The notes under the pieces are model-generated. The model searched no databases. It saw only the letters and a program-made list of their open reading frames with translations, and was not told where the DNA came from. From Candidatus Saccharimonadota bacterium (GTDB lineage Bacteria; Patescibacteriota; Patescibacteriia; 2-12-FULL-60-25), in assembly GCA_022843095.1 (NCBI GenBank), contig JALHOH010000001.1, positions 420,001 to 452,000 on the forward strand: a stretch of DNA of 32,000 nt, written 5' to 3'. Positions 6,748-14,721 of this stretch are shown one piece after another. Numbering within the stretch: the first letter of the stretch is position 1; each line of letters opens with the position of its first letter. The translations under genes and the position numbers were made by a program.

Positions 6748-8004
6748 ATGCGCGTTATCACGGATATCCACCTCCATTCGAAGTATTCGCGCGCCTGTTC
6801 GCAGGATTTAACAATCCGGAATCTTGCGACGGCTTGCACGCGTAAAGGAATTCAACTCGTTGGCACGTCTGATTTTACCCATCCAGCCTGGCGAAAAGAA
6901 ATCGAAACCGAATTAGAAGAAGCGGGGGGAGGCGTCTATAAATTACGCGGTGATGACGCATCCCCAACGCGCTTTCTTTTGTCGACAGAACTTTCTTCGA
7001 TTTACAAGCGCGGTGGAAAAACACGTCGGGTGCATCATCTCGTTTTGCTTCCATCGCTTGCCGCGGTAGATCGGTTGATTGCGCAATTGGATGCGCGTGG
7101 ATGCAACCTGAAGGCGGACGGTCGGCCTATTTTAGGAATTGACTCTGAAGAATTGGTGAAGATGGTGCTTGAGGCGGATCCCAATGGGTTACTGATCCCT
7201 GCGCATGCGTGGACGCCGTGGTTTGCGGTGTTCGGATCGATGTCCGGATTTGATGTACTGAGCGAATGCTTTGGAGAAATGACGAAACACATTCATGCGA
7301 TTGAAACGGGACTTTCATCCAATCCGCCGATGAATTGGCGATTATCGCAGCTGGATTCGATTTTTCTGGTTTCCAATTCAGATGCCCATTCCTTGGATAA
7401 ACTTGGACGTGAAGCAAACGTGTTCGAGATGTCGACGCCGAGTTATGCGGAATTACATCACATTCTTGTGACGCATGATACGTCGCGTTTTCTTGAAACG
7501 ATCGAATTTTTTCCAGAAGAAGGAAAGTATCACGCAGATGGTCACCGTGCCTGTCAGTTTTGGTGCGAGCCGGAAGAAACAAAACGTCGGGGTGGTGCCT
7601 GCCCGGTTTGCGGTAAACCACTCACGATTGGTGTGCTGCATCGAGTCGAGGCATTAGCGGATCGTCCGTCCGGTGTGAGGCCAAGTGGCGCGGTTCCGTA
7701 TCGATCTATCGTGCCGCTGCCTGAATTGATCGGGGAGGCGATTGGGGTTGGACCTGCCTCCAAAAAAGTGCGGGCCATCGTAGAGACGCTGTTGCAGGAC
7801 GGTCGTTCAGAATTTGGCGTCTTGTTGGATGAACCTCTTACGGAACTTGCGCGTGTGGTTTCGGAAGATATCGTTCTCGCCATTCGCCGCATGCGTGAAG
7901 GGGCGGTGACGGTACGTCCTGGGTATGACGGAGAATACGGTGTCGTGTCGGTGATCGGGGATAAAGCGGCGCGGTTAAAAGCAGCTCAGCCTGCATTGTT
8001 GTAA
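6748..8004 (+). CDS. endoQ: Endonuclease Q-like protein (PHP-type N-terminal domain plus Zn-finger; TIGR00375-like)
   Basis: Motifs recognised: MRVITDIHLHSKYSRACS, GTSDFTHPAW, RRVHHLVLLPS, LIPAHAWTPWFAVFGSMSGF, SNSDAHS and CQFWC...CPVCGKPLTIGVLHRVEAL. Start taken at ATG 6748, not the 6655 extension. Confidence 0.7.
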   Translation: MRVITDIHLHSKYSRACSQDLTIRNLATACTRKGIQLVGTSDFTHPAWRKEIETELEEAGGGVYKLRGDDASPTRFLLSTELSSIYKRGGKTRRVHHLVLLPSLAAVDRLIAQLDARGCNLKADGRPILGIDSEELVKMVLEADPNGLLIPAHAWTPWFAVFGSMSGFDVLSECFGEMTKHIHAIETGLSSNPPMNWRLSQLDSIFLVSNSDAHSLDKLGREANVFEMSTPSYAELHHILVTHDTSRFLETIEFFPEEGKYHADGHRACQFWCEPEETKRRGGACPVCGKPLTIGVLHRVEALADRPSGVRPSGAVPYRSIVPLPELIGEAIGVGPASKKVRAIVETLLQDGRSEFGVLLDEPLTELARVVSEDIVLAIRRMREGAVTVRPGYDGEYGVVSVIGDKAARLKAAQPALL

Positions 8005-8011
8005 AACCGAA

Positions 8012-8038
8012 ATCCCCCGACCACGTGGTTCGGGGGAT
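8012..8038 (-). terminator. Hairpin terminator between convergent genes (the U-tract is on the minus-strand side only)
   Basis: ATCCCCCGA-CCACGTGGT-TCGGGGGAT. On the minus strand it is followed by TTTCGGTTTT. The plus strand has no T-run. Confidence 0.6.
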
Positions 8039-8059
8039 CTCCTCCTTGTCGGTGAAACG

Positions 8060-8164
8060 TTATTTGCGCTTCTTCGACGCGGACTTCTTTTTCGCCGGCT
8101 TCTTGGCGGCTGCCTTGCGCTTCGGCGCGGACTTCTTCACTGCCTTCTTTTTCTTCATGGCCAT
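8060..8164 (-). CDS. 34-aa Lys/Ala-rich basic peptide (MAMKKKKAVKKSAPKRKAAAKKPAKKKSASKKRK), histone-H1-tail-like
   Basis: A near-perfect SD, AAGGAAGGTGA, ends 6 nt before the ATG. The gene has its own extended -10 promoter and a terminator. It is read in a different frame from the 89-aa ORF in the six-frame track. Confidence 0.55.
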   Translation of the reverse strand: MAMKKKKAVKKSAPKRKAAAKKPAKKKSASKKRK

Positions 8165-8243
8165 GGTAAGTCACCTTCCTTTCTAGAGCGACGCAACGCG
8201 CGCGTTGTCGTCGAGCGCCGTGTGTGCACACGAACGTACTTCG

Positions 8244-8252
8244 AGTATAGCA
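8244..8252 (-). promoter_or_regulatory. Extended -10 promoter (TGCTATACT) for the Lys-rich peptide gene
   Basis: The reverse complement of 8244-8252 reads TGC TATACT. It would give a ~70-nt 5'UTR containing two G+C-rich palindromes (8189-8213 and 8222-8231). Confidence 0.4.
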
Positions 8253-8307
8253 CACTTTTTTGTGTCCACGTGTACAAGAGGGGAGGTGTGGAGAAGTTTT
8301 GGAGAAA

Positions 8308-9057
8308 CTATTTCAACCGATGCGCGTGAATTTCGACGCCGCTGACAAGAATGGGGATGGCTTCAAATGCGGCGATGTCCGACGAGACGCGTGCGCGTGC
8401 AGCATCGGTAAACAACACCTCATCTTTTTCTGCGACGTCTTCTCCAAGTTTGGAAGCGAGATTTAATTCGTTGCCGTACATGTCATCGCAAGCAAGCAGA
8501 ATGGATCCGTGACCCACGCCAATCGAGACGTAGACGTCACTTTCATCCGGCGTCTCTGCATTTAACGCGGCCAGTTCTTTTTTGATTGCACGAATCGCGA
8601 CGATCGCTTGCGTCGGCTCATCAAAAACGGCAAAGCAGTTATCCGCTTCAAATTTAATGACCATGCCACCTGCGTTCTGGATGGCGGGCGCCGTCACTTC
8701 ACGCATCCGTTGGATCATGGCGAGATAGTGGATGATCCCGTACTTCAACACGATCCGTGAAAAGCCGGACATGTCCAGTACAAAAATGGTTTTCTCGCGT
8801 TCAAACGTGTGTCGGATCTCCGCATCAATCACTGCCTCCTGGCCCGGTGCTTGGATGCGTTTTCGCAAAAGATGGTGCAGAACGTCGCACGACGGAATGG
8901 TGTGATGGGTGGCCATAGATAGGGAAATCCTGTCCGGAAACGCGAGGTCTGGCAAGGTGTTCGCTGCATTGACAAATGGCGTAATAATCTGCCATCCTGT
9001 GGGGTGGATAGGACGTGCGAGGGCCAGCTCTTCGTCGAAAGCATGGGTCGTGCGCAA
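8308..9057 (-). CDS. Class III adenylate/guanylate cyclase-homology-domain protein (start uncertain: TTG 9057 or ATG 8916)
   Basis: Cyclase-like motifs are IFVLDMSGFSRI (metal Asp), GGMVIKFEADNCFAVF (second Asp), VSIGVGHG and YGNELNLASKLGE (Asn present; the usual Arg position is Lys). Confidence 0.65.
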   Translation of the reverse strand: MRTTHAFDEELALARPIHPTGWQIITPFVNAANTLPDLAFPDRISLSMATHHTIPSCDVLHHLLRKRIQAPGQEAVIDAEIRHTFEREKTIFVLDMSGFSRIVLKYGIIHYLAMIQRMREVTAPAIQNAGGMVIKFEADNCFAVFDEPTQAIVAIRAIKKELAALNAETPDESDVYVSIGVGHGSILLACDDMYGNELNLASKLGEDVAEKDEVLFTDAARARVSSDIAAFEAIPILVSGVEIHAHRLK

Positions 9058-9089
9058 ACGATATCCCTTAGAAAGTTAGCACTTCAAGC

Positions 9090-9368
9090 ATGCCCACGAA
9101 GCTGTTTGTCGGTGGCATCCCGTACCGCACGTCGGACGAGGAGCTCCGGCAGCATTTCATGCAAGCGGGAGAAGTGGTTTCCGTGTTCATCCCAATGGAC
9201 CGCGAAACCGGTCGCCCTCGCGGGTTCGCCTTCGTTGAGATGGCGGACGACGCGCAGGCCGATGCAGCGATCAAGATGTTTGACGGCACCGATATGGGTG
9301 GTCGTCGCATCGCGGTCAACAAGGCCCGCCCCATGGAAGAACGCGCCCCGCGCGGTCCTCGCATGTAA
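9090..9368 (+). CDS. RRM-type RNA-binding protein
   Basis: RNP2 is KLFVGGI and RNP1 is RGFAFVEM. At 92 aa it has the typical bacterial Rbp layout. Confidence 0.9.
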   Translation: MPTKLFVGGIPYRTSDEELRQHFMQAGEVVSVFIPMDRETGRPRGFAFVEMADDAQADAAIKMFDGTDMGGRRIAVNKARPMEERAPRGPRM

Positions 9369-9371
9369 GCG

Positions 9372-9408
9372 AAAAAAAATCCCCAGCCGCAAGGCCGGGG
9401 ATTTTTTT
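9372..9408. terminator. Bidirectional rho-independent terminator (overlaps the gatB stop codon)
   Basis: AAAAAAAATCCCCAGCC-GCAA-GGCCGGGGATTTTTTT. Confidence 0.8.
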
Positions 9409-10942
9409 AGACACCGAGTTGTTTCTTCACTTCTTCTTCCGCCATCGTGGGGTTAGCACGACCTTCGGTTGCTTTCATCACACAGCCGACAAACCATTTG
9501 ATCACCCCGAGTTTTCCCTCTTGTACCTGCTTCACCTGTTCGGGATTTTGCGCAATCAACCGAGTGACAATTTCTTGGATCTCTTTCGGATCGTTGGATT
9601 GGCCCAGGTTGTGCTCTTCTAGAAGATGCGATGGGTCTGCGCCCGTTTCGACCATGAGCGCGAGGAGTTTTTGCGCGTTCGCGCTGTTGACCACCCCTTC
9701 GTGTACCAGTTTCAAGAATTCCGCGAGATCTTCGGCGCTGCACTTCATGTCCTCTACACGAAGTCCTTTGTCCGCAAGGAGCCCGGCAAGTTTGCTGGTC
9801 ATCCATCCGCCGGCGAGTTTTCCAAAGGCGGCTTTGTGTGCGGCAAGTAATTCACTTCCGGATTGGACGTTTTTTGTATCCGAGGCTTCAAGCCACGCCG
9901 CGAGCTCGCTCATCACCCGTTCGGCGACATCGGCCCAACCTTCGTTTGCAACCAAGAAGCGTGCATCCTCTGCGCTGAATCCATAGTCTTCCATGAGCAT
10001 CGCCCGACGTGTTGCAGGGAGGATGGGTAAGTGGGCCGCCTCTTCTTCACGTACTGCGCGAAGATCAACCGGTGGAAGATCCGGTTCCGGAAAATAGCGG
10101 TAGTCGGCGCTCGTTTCTTTGATGCGTTGCTCAAACGTTTCGCCACGGTTTTCATCCCAGCCACGGGTCGCGCCAACAGGAACCTCGCCCTTCGAGTACA
10201 GCGAGGATTGACGTTCGATCTCGAACGCGAGCGCTCGTTCGACGGCGCGGAACGAGTTCAGGTTTTTGATCTCGATTTTTGGATTATAGCCCGCTTTGGT
10301 CGGCAGATTCTGTTCGTCGACTTCAAGGAGAGACACGTTTGCATCGCAACGCATGTATCCTTTTTCCATGTCCGCATCCGATGCGCCGACGGCACGTAAC
10401 ACTGCTTGCAGTTCTTGTAAAAATACCTTGGCTTCCAATGGCTGGCGAAAATCCGGTTCCGTCACGATTTCGAGTAGCGGCGTGCTGGCGCGATTGAAAT
10501 CGACATACGTGCTTCCCGTTTTGGCGTCATGCACGTTTTTGGCAGCGTCTTCTTCGAGGTGCGCGCGCGTAATCCCGATCCGCATCCGTTCACGCAATGG
10601 ATTTTTGGGAAGATCCAGCTCCATCTTTCCCTCAAGACAGATGGGGAAATCGTACTGAGAAATTTGATAGCCCTTCGGAAGATCCGGGTAAAAGTAGTTC
10701 TTACGATCAAAATGCGCTTCATCCGGGATGCGGCAGCCAAGGGCAAGTCCGGCGCGGACCCCAAGACGGATCGCGTCCTGGTTTAATGCAGGCAACGCGC
10801 CTGGTTGGCCGGTGCAGACGGCGCAAATGGCAGAATTCGGCGGAGCGTCTTCCGCCACGTTGGCGCACCCACAAAAGAGTTTTGTGCGGGTTTTTAGGCG
10901 AACGTGGATTTCGAGGCCAATAATCGGAAGCAAGCGTGACAT
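9407..10942 (-). CDS. gatB: Asp/Glu-tRNA amidotransferase subunit B
   Basis: The N-terminus IIGLEIHVRLKTRTKLFCGC is diagnostic. Also PNS..C.VC.G.PGALP, YFYPDLPKGYQISQ and a C-terminal YqeY-like tail. Confidence 0.93.
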   Translation of the reverse strand: MSRLLPIIGLEIHVRLKTRTKLFCGCANVAEDAPPNSAICAVCTGQPGALPALNQDAIRLGVRAGLALGCRIPDEAHFDRKNYFYPDLPKGYQISQYDFPICLEGKMELDLPKNPLRERMRIGITRAHLEEDAAKNVHDAKTGSTYVDFNRASTPLLEIVTEPDFRQPLEAKVFLQELQAVLRAVGASDADMEKGYMRCDANVSLLEVDEQNLPTKAGYNPKIEIKNLNSFRAVERALAFEIERQSSLYSKGEVPVGATRGWDENRGETFEQRIKETSADYRYFPEPDLPPVDLRAVREEEAAHLPILPATRRAMLMEDYGFSAEDARFLVANEGWADVAERVMSELAAWLEASDTKNVQSGSELLAAHKAAFGKLAGGWMTSKLAGLLADKGLRVEDMKCSAEDLAEFLKLVHEGVVNSANAQKLLALMVETGADPSHLLEEHNLGQSNDPKEIQEIVTRLIAQNPEQVKQVQEGKLGVIKWFVGCVMKATEGRANPTMAEEEVKKQLGV

Positions 10943-10987
10943 AGTGGGGTCACGGTACCAAGGACGAATGGTCTTGGCGAGTGGGGG

Positions 10988-11749
10988 TTAGGCGGAGCGG
11001 AGTGCGCGAAACAGGGTGACCTGCCAGGTGATGAGAAGCGGGGCCAAAATGACCTGTGCCACCGATTGCACCATCGCATTTAATGCTTGAGAAAGCGGGG
11101 TGATTTGTTCCGGGGCGAGAAGCGCATCGACGCGATCAAATCCGGCGACCACCCCGACCAACGTCGAGACCAAGAACGTGCCGAGACTTAGTAAAAACGT
11201 AAACAAGATGCCGGCGACCAGGGATCGTCCAAACACCGCCCACCAGCGCCCTTTGACAAGCGCAATCGATGCGCTAAGCGCCTCCAAGCCACGCTTGTTC
11301 TCAGCGACGTTGAAGTAACGCGAAAACATGAGCGAAACGCCGGCCCAGATTCCAGGAAGAAACAAAAGCAAAATCCCACCAAGGGCCGCCAATCCTTCTA
11401 ATATCTGCACCAAGAAAAACGATCCATACTGCCGCGGCGTTGCCCAGGGGACATCCTGCGGACGAAGGTCGGGACGTGTTTCTTTTTGAAGGATGAACGC
11501 AGTCATGCGTTGGGCGACAAAGACGGTGAGCAGGATAAACAGGACGAATGCACCACCAAAGGCAAGCGATGAAGGGATGGAATCAAGCGAAGATCCGGCA
11601 AATGCCCCAAGCAGCAACACGAGGCCAGGAACCAATAACCAGATCGACAACTCAAAGGTGTGGCGCAAATCACGAAGATACGTCCGCCAAGCGTGTCCAA
11701 GAAGCGCGGCGGTCGAAGGGAGGGGCTGCATACCCCGAGAGTATAGCAT
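10988..11749 (-). CDS. Polytopic membrane protein, paralog B
   Basis: An internal ATG at 11749 (MLYSRGMQPLP...) overlaps the TAA of the upstream paralog (TAATG). It has multiple TM segments, and GRWWAVFGRSLVAGILFTF matches GRFWAIFGRSIAVSLLVYF in paralog A. The 100 aa upstream in the track ORF overlap the neighbouring gene and look non-coding. Confidence 0.6.
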   Translation of the reverse strand: MLYSRGMQPLPSTAALLGHAWRTYLRDLRHTFELSIWLLVPGLVLLLGAFAGSSLDSIPSSLAFGGAFVLFILLTVFVAQRMTAFILQKETRPDLRPQDVPWATPRQYGSFFLVQILEGLAALGGILLLFLPGIWAGVSLMFSRYFNVAENKRGLEALSASIALVKGRWWAVFGRSLVAGILFTFLLSLGTFLVSTLVGVVAGFDRVDALLAPEQITPLSQALNAMVQSVAQVILAPLLITWQVTLFRALRSA

Positions 11750-12555
11750 TAGGACTGCTTCTTCCGAAGATCCAGGAACAACACGGCGGGAAGCGAGGTG
11801 TACATGAGCATCCCAAGATAGGTGATGACCAGAATCGCGGCAAAAAATGCAAGCAAAAGCGGGATGCCGATGATTCCGGCAAGAATGGCGAGCCCAATTG
11901 GCGGAACGCCAACTGCGCCAAGCATCGCCCCCATAAATCCGATGATGAATGCGGCGATGACCAGAAGGGCGAGGATGCCGAACAGGACGGCCATCATCCC
12001 AAAATAGACTAGCAAACTGACGGCGATCGAGCGTCCAAAGATCGCCCAAAACCGTCCGCGCGTCAGTTCAAATGAGTGCTTGAGCGCAGCGCGTCCGCGA
12101 AGTCCTTCCGTAAAATAGGCGTACATTCCGTAGGACAGACGCGTGGAGAGCCAAATGCCCGGGAGAATGAACAGGAGGAACGCAGGAACCGTCACAAGCA
12201 TCGTAAGCAGTGCGATCAATGAGATCGAGCCCACGTCTTGCCAGGTCAATTGCGTCGTTTTTGCCACTTCCGCTTTTTCTTCCGCAACCAGAATCCACCG
12301 CTTCGCGATCAAGAATCCACTCCAGATCGACACGGCAAGATACGCGAGAAACGTGAATCCCAGTACGGCGATCAAGAGAGCTGTTTGTGTTTCCAGGAGT
12401 TCCATCAGGGTTCCCTCGGGAATGTTGGTGATGGCGTTGAAGGGGAGTCCAACGAGCATCGCGATGACATACGGCCAAAGGACGACGCGCCAGTGGCGGA
12501 CGACCAGGTTTTTACAGGTAAAAAAGAGATCGCTGACGGGCAAAAGTGGAGTCAT
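11749..12555 (-). CDS. Polytopic membrane protein, paralog A
   Basis: ATG 12555 (MTPLLPV...) lies 11 nt downstream of a good promoter -10. Six or more hydrophobic segments. Confidence 0.65.
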   Translation of the reverse strand: MTPLLPVSDLFFTCKNLVVRHWRVVLWPYVIAMLVGLPFNAITNIPEGTLMELLETQTALLIAVLGFTFLAYLAVSIWSGFLIAKRWILVAEEKAEVAKTTQLTWQDVGSISLIALLTMLVTVPAFLLFILPGIWLSTRLSYGMYAYFTEGLRGRAALKHSFELTRGRFWAIFGRSIAVSLLVYFGMMAVLFGILALLVIAAFIIGFMGAMLGAVGVPPIGLAILAGIIGIPLLLAFFAAILVITYLGMLMYTSLPAVLFLDLRKKQS

Positions 12556-12566
12556 AGAATACAAAA

Positions 12567-12595
12567 AATGTACGAAAAATAACGAAAAAAGTCAA
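12567..12595 (-). promoter_or_regulatory. sigma70-type promoter for the membrane-protein pair and gatB
   Basis: On the reverse strand: TTGACT, 17-nt spacer, TACATT; 11 nt from the -10 to the ATG. Confidence 0.55.
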
Positions 12596-12634
12596 CGCGG
12601 GACCGGGCGTTGTGGGACGGAGGGTCTATGCGAA

Positions 12635-13366
12635 TTAGGGGAGATGTGGCCGAATGGCGCGCCAGCAGTCTTCTGTGACCTCTTCTGGACCTTGTGTTGC
12701 GTCAATGAAAACAATCTGTGTTCCGGTGGCACGGAATGGGGCAAGCACCTGTTCATCGCGGTAGCGGTGAGCGAGGGTGCGTTGAAAATCATCGCGATCG
12801 TAAATCTGTTGCTGCGACGGATCGTTTCGTCCGGCTAATCGTGCCCGCGCCACGTCCGGATCCAGTTCCAAGAGCAGAATGGCGTTGGGGGTTCGGCTAA
12901 GCTCCACCTGATTCCCCGGGAGTGCGAGAAGCCATTCTGTGGTGATCGTTTCTGACGTCAGCGGCTGATAGGCGAGCGACGTGATCACCCCACGATCCTG
13001 CAAAATAATCCCGGTTGGATGAGAGGCGAGCCAGGGGAGCAAGATGGTTCCGTAGAGCTCCGCGCGGTCTGCGGCAAATGCTTCGGCGACTTCGCGCGGG
13101 TCGGGCGTGCTGCCGGCTTTGATCAGGTGCTCGCGAATATGCGCCCCTACCGAGCAGTAACTAGGCTCTGCCACAATCAACACATCTGCATCGGCGAGCT
13201 GATCTGGCGTTGGGAATTGGTGCGCGGTTTTTTCGTATTCGACGAGGTCGAATACGCGTTTGCCAGCCGCCTCAAAACGATTCCGAAGGTTGGCGAGCAC
13301 GGTACTTTTCCCCGCGCCATCAATGGCGTCAAGGACGAAGATGCGTCCGAGCGGTGCGTCGTTCAT
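12635..13366 (-). CDS. tmk: Thymidylate kinase-like P-loop kinase
   Basis: Motifs are RIFVLDAIDGAGKST (P-loop), EPS...G..IREHL, FAADRAELY and LQDRGVITSLAYQ. ATG 13366 overlaps the folA 3' end by 38 nt. Confidence 0.6.
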   Translation of the reverse strand: MNDAPLGRIFVLDAIDGAGKSTVLANLRNRFEAAGKRVFDLVEYEKTAHQFPTPDQLADADVLIVAEPSYCSVGAHIREHLIKAGSTPDPREVAEAFAADRAELYGTILLPWLASHPTGIILQDRGVITSLAYQPLTSETITTEWLLALPGNQVELSRTPNAILLLELDPDVARARLAGRNDPSQQQIYDRDDFQRTLAHRYRDEQVLAPFRATGTQIVFIDATQGPEEVTEDCWRAIRPHLP

Positions 13367-13832
13367 AGGTGGAAAACGTGTAGTCAGATGTTTCTGCGTG
13401 ATCGTTGCGCGTCCAGATGGTCGGATCAATCGCGGGAAAAAATCTGTCTCCTTCAGGGGATTGTTTGACGTGAGTGATTTCTAAACGATCTGCCAACGGA
13501 AGCGCTTCCTCAAAGATGCGTCCGCCACCGATGACATAGATTTGGTCTTCGTTATTTTGCGTGGCGAGCGTAATGGCTTCTTCCAAGGAAGAGGCCTGAA
13601 CCACGTCTTTGGGGAATGGGTAGGATGGATTACGTGTGACGACGATATTACGTCGGTTTGGCAGGGGGCGGAATCGTTCCGGGAGGGATTCCCAGGTCGC
13701 TCGTCCCATGATCACCGTGTGCCCTGTCGTGAGCGTCCGGAATCGCTTCAGATCATCCGGGAGGTTCCAGGGAAGCGCGCCATTCGCTCCAATGACCCCA
13801 TTTTCCGCAACCGCGGCAAGAAGAATAACCAT
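13329..13832 (-). CDS. folA: Dihydrofolate reductase
   Basis: Motifs are ILLAAVAENGVIGANGALPW, DLKRFRTLTTGHTVIMGRATWESLP, LPNRRNIVVTR and VIGGGRIFEE. Confidence 0.9.
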   Translation of the reverse strand: MVILLAAVAENGVIGANGALPWNLPDDLKRFRTLTTGHTVIMGRATWESLPERFRPLPNRRNIVVTRNPSYPFPKDVVQASSLEEAITLATQNNEDQIYVIGGGRIFEEALPLADRLEITHVKQSPEGDRFFPAIDPTIWTRNDHAETSDYTFSTYERRTARTHLRP

Positions 13833-13838
13833 AACTAC

Positions 13839-14711
13839 CTACACGGCGATCGGAAATTCGATTTTCGGATAGGCTTCGTATCCCTCCAGACGCGAATGCG
13901 TCGCCTCCCAATCAAAGAGCGAGGTAAATGGATCGGTGATAACCCGTGGGAGAGGATATTTTTCCGGATCCCGCGTCAAGAACTCCTTCGTGCCTTCCAG
14001 ATGGTTTTCGTAGATGTGAACATCGCCAAGTTGTCCGATGAGTTTTCCTTCCGCGAGACCGGATTCTTTGGCAAGAAGGTGCAGAAGAAGTCCATAGCTT
14101 GCGATATTAAACGGAAGGCCGAGCATGGTATCCACGGAACGTTGCATCCAAAGAAGATTGAGCGCTCCGTTGATCACGGTGACCTGCCAGGTGTGATGAC
14201 ATGGGGGGAGTCCCATCTTGGGCAAATCAAGCGGATTCCAGGCGGTCACCATCATGCGGCGATCATTGGGATTCTTCTTTAACGTATCCACGATGCGTGC
14301 GAGTTGGTCGACGCCTTGCCCTGTGTAATCCGTGTCGTAAGAAACATAGTGCGCTCCAAAATGGCGCCATTGCCAACCATACACCGGTCCAAGATCCCGT
14401 TCTGCAAGCATGGCAGCTTTGCTTGCCTCATCCGTTCCATACGGAGCCTTGATCGGAGTCGCCCACTCGTCCCAAATATGGCAGTTTCGATCCTGTAACC
14501 ACTGTTTATCCGTGTATCCACGGACAAAGAATTCCAATTCGGTCGCCATCACCTTGAAGGGCGTTTTTTTGGTCGTGAGGAGCGGAAACCCATCCGCCAT
14601 GTCGTGTTCAAACGTTGCACCAGCAAGCGCGATCGTAGCGATGCCCGTTCGGTTCTCCTTGCGAACTCCTTCGTCCAGGATGCGTGACACGATATCGTGA
14701 TAGGATTTCAT
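13839..14711 (-). CDS. thyA: Thymidylate synthase (ThyA type)
   Basis: Motifs are NRTGIATIALAGATFEHDMADGFPLLTTKK, LEFFVRG, WGPVYGWQWRHFG, DQL, PNDRRMMVTAWNP, LPPCH and QRSVD. Start at ATG 14711 (MKSYHDIV). Confidence 0.9.
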   Translation of the reverse strand: MKSYHDIVSRILDEGVRKENRTGIATIALAGATFEHDMADGFPLLTTKKTPFKVMATELEFFVRGYTDKQWLQDRNCHIWDEWATPIKAPYGTDEASKAAMLAERDLGPVYGWQWRHFGAHYVSYDTDYTGQGVDQLARIVDTLKKNPNDRRMMVTAWNPLDLPKMGLPPCHHTWQVTVINGALNLLWMQRSVDTMLGLPFNIASYGLLLHLLAKESGLAEGKLIGQLGDVHIYENHLEGTKEFLTRDPEKYPLPRVITDPFTSLFDWEATHSRLEGYEAYPKIEFPIAV

Positions 14712-14721
14712 ACATGCGTGA

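Noticed and set aside
7986-8255. An 89-aa minus-strand ORF from the six-frame track.
   Set aside because: It runs across the inter-gene hairpin and into the end of the EndoQ-like gene, and it has no SD. A different frame yields the 34-aa Lys-rich peptide, which has an SD, a promoter and a terminator.
8060-9057. The cyclase as part of a Pycsar/CBASS-like anti-phage signalling pair.
   Set aside because: No effector with a cyclic-nucleotide-binding, TIR, TM-pore, patatin or nuclease domain is adjacent. The only downstream gene is an independently promoted 34-aa basic peptide.
10988-12049. The full 353-aa version of the membrane-protein ORF.
   Set aside because: The first 100 aa overlap the upstream paralog's coding region in another frame and look non-coding (Arg/His/Trp-rich). 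The internal ATG at 11749, with the TAATG overlap, was used in its place.
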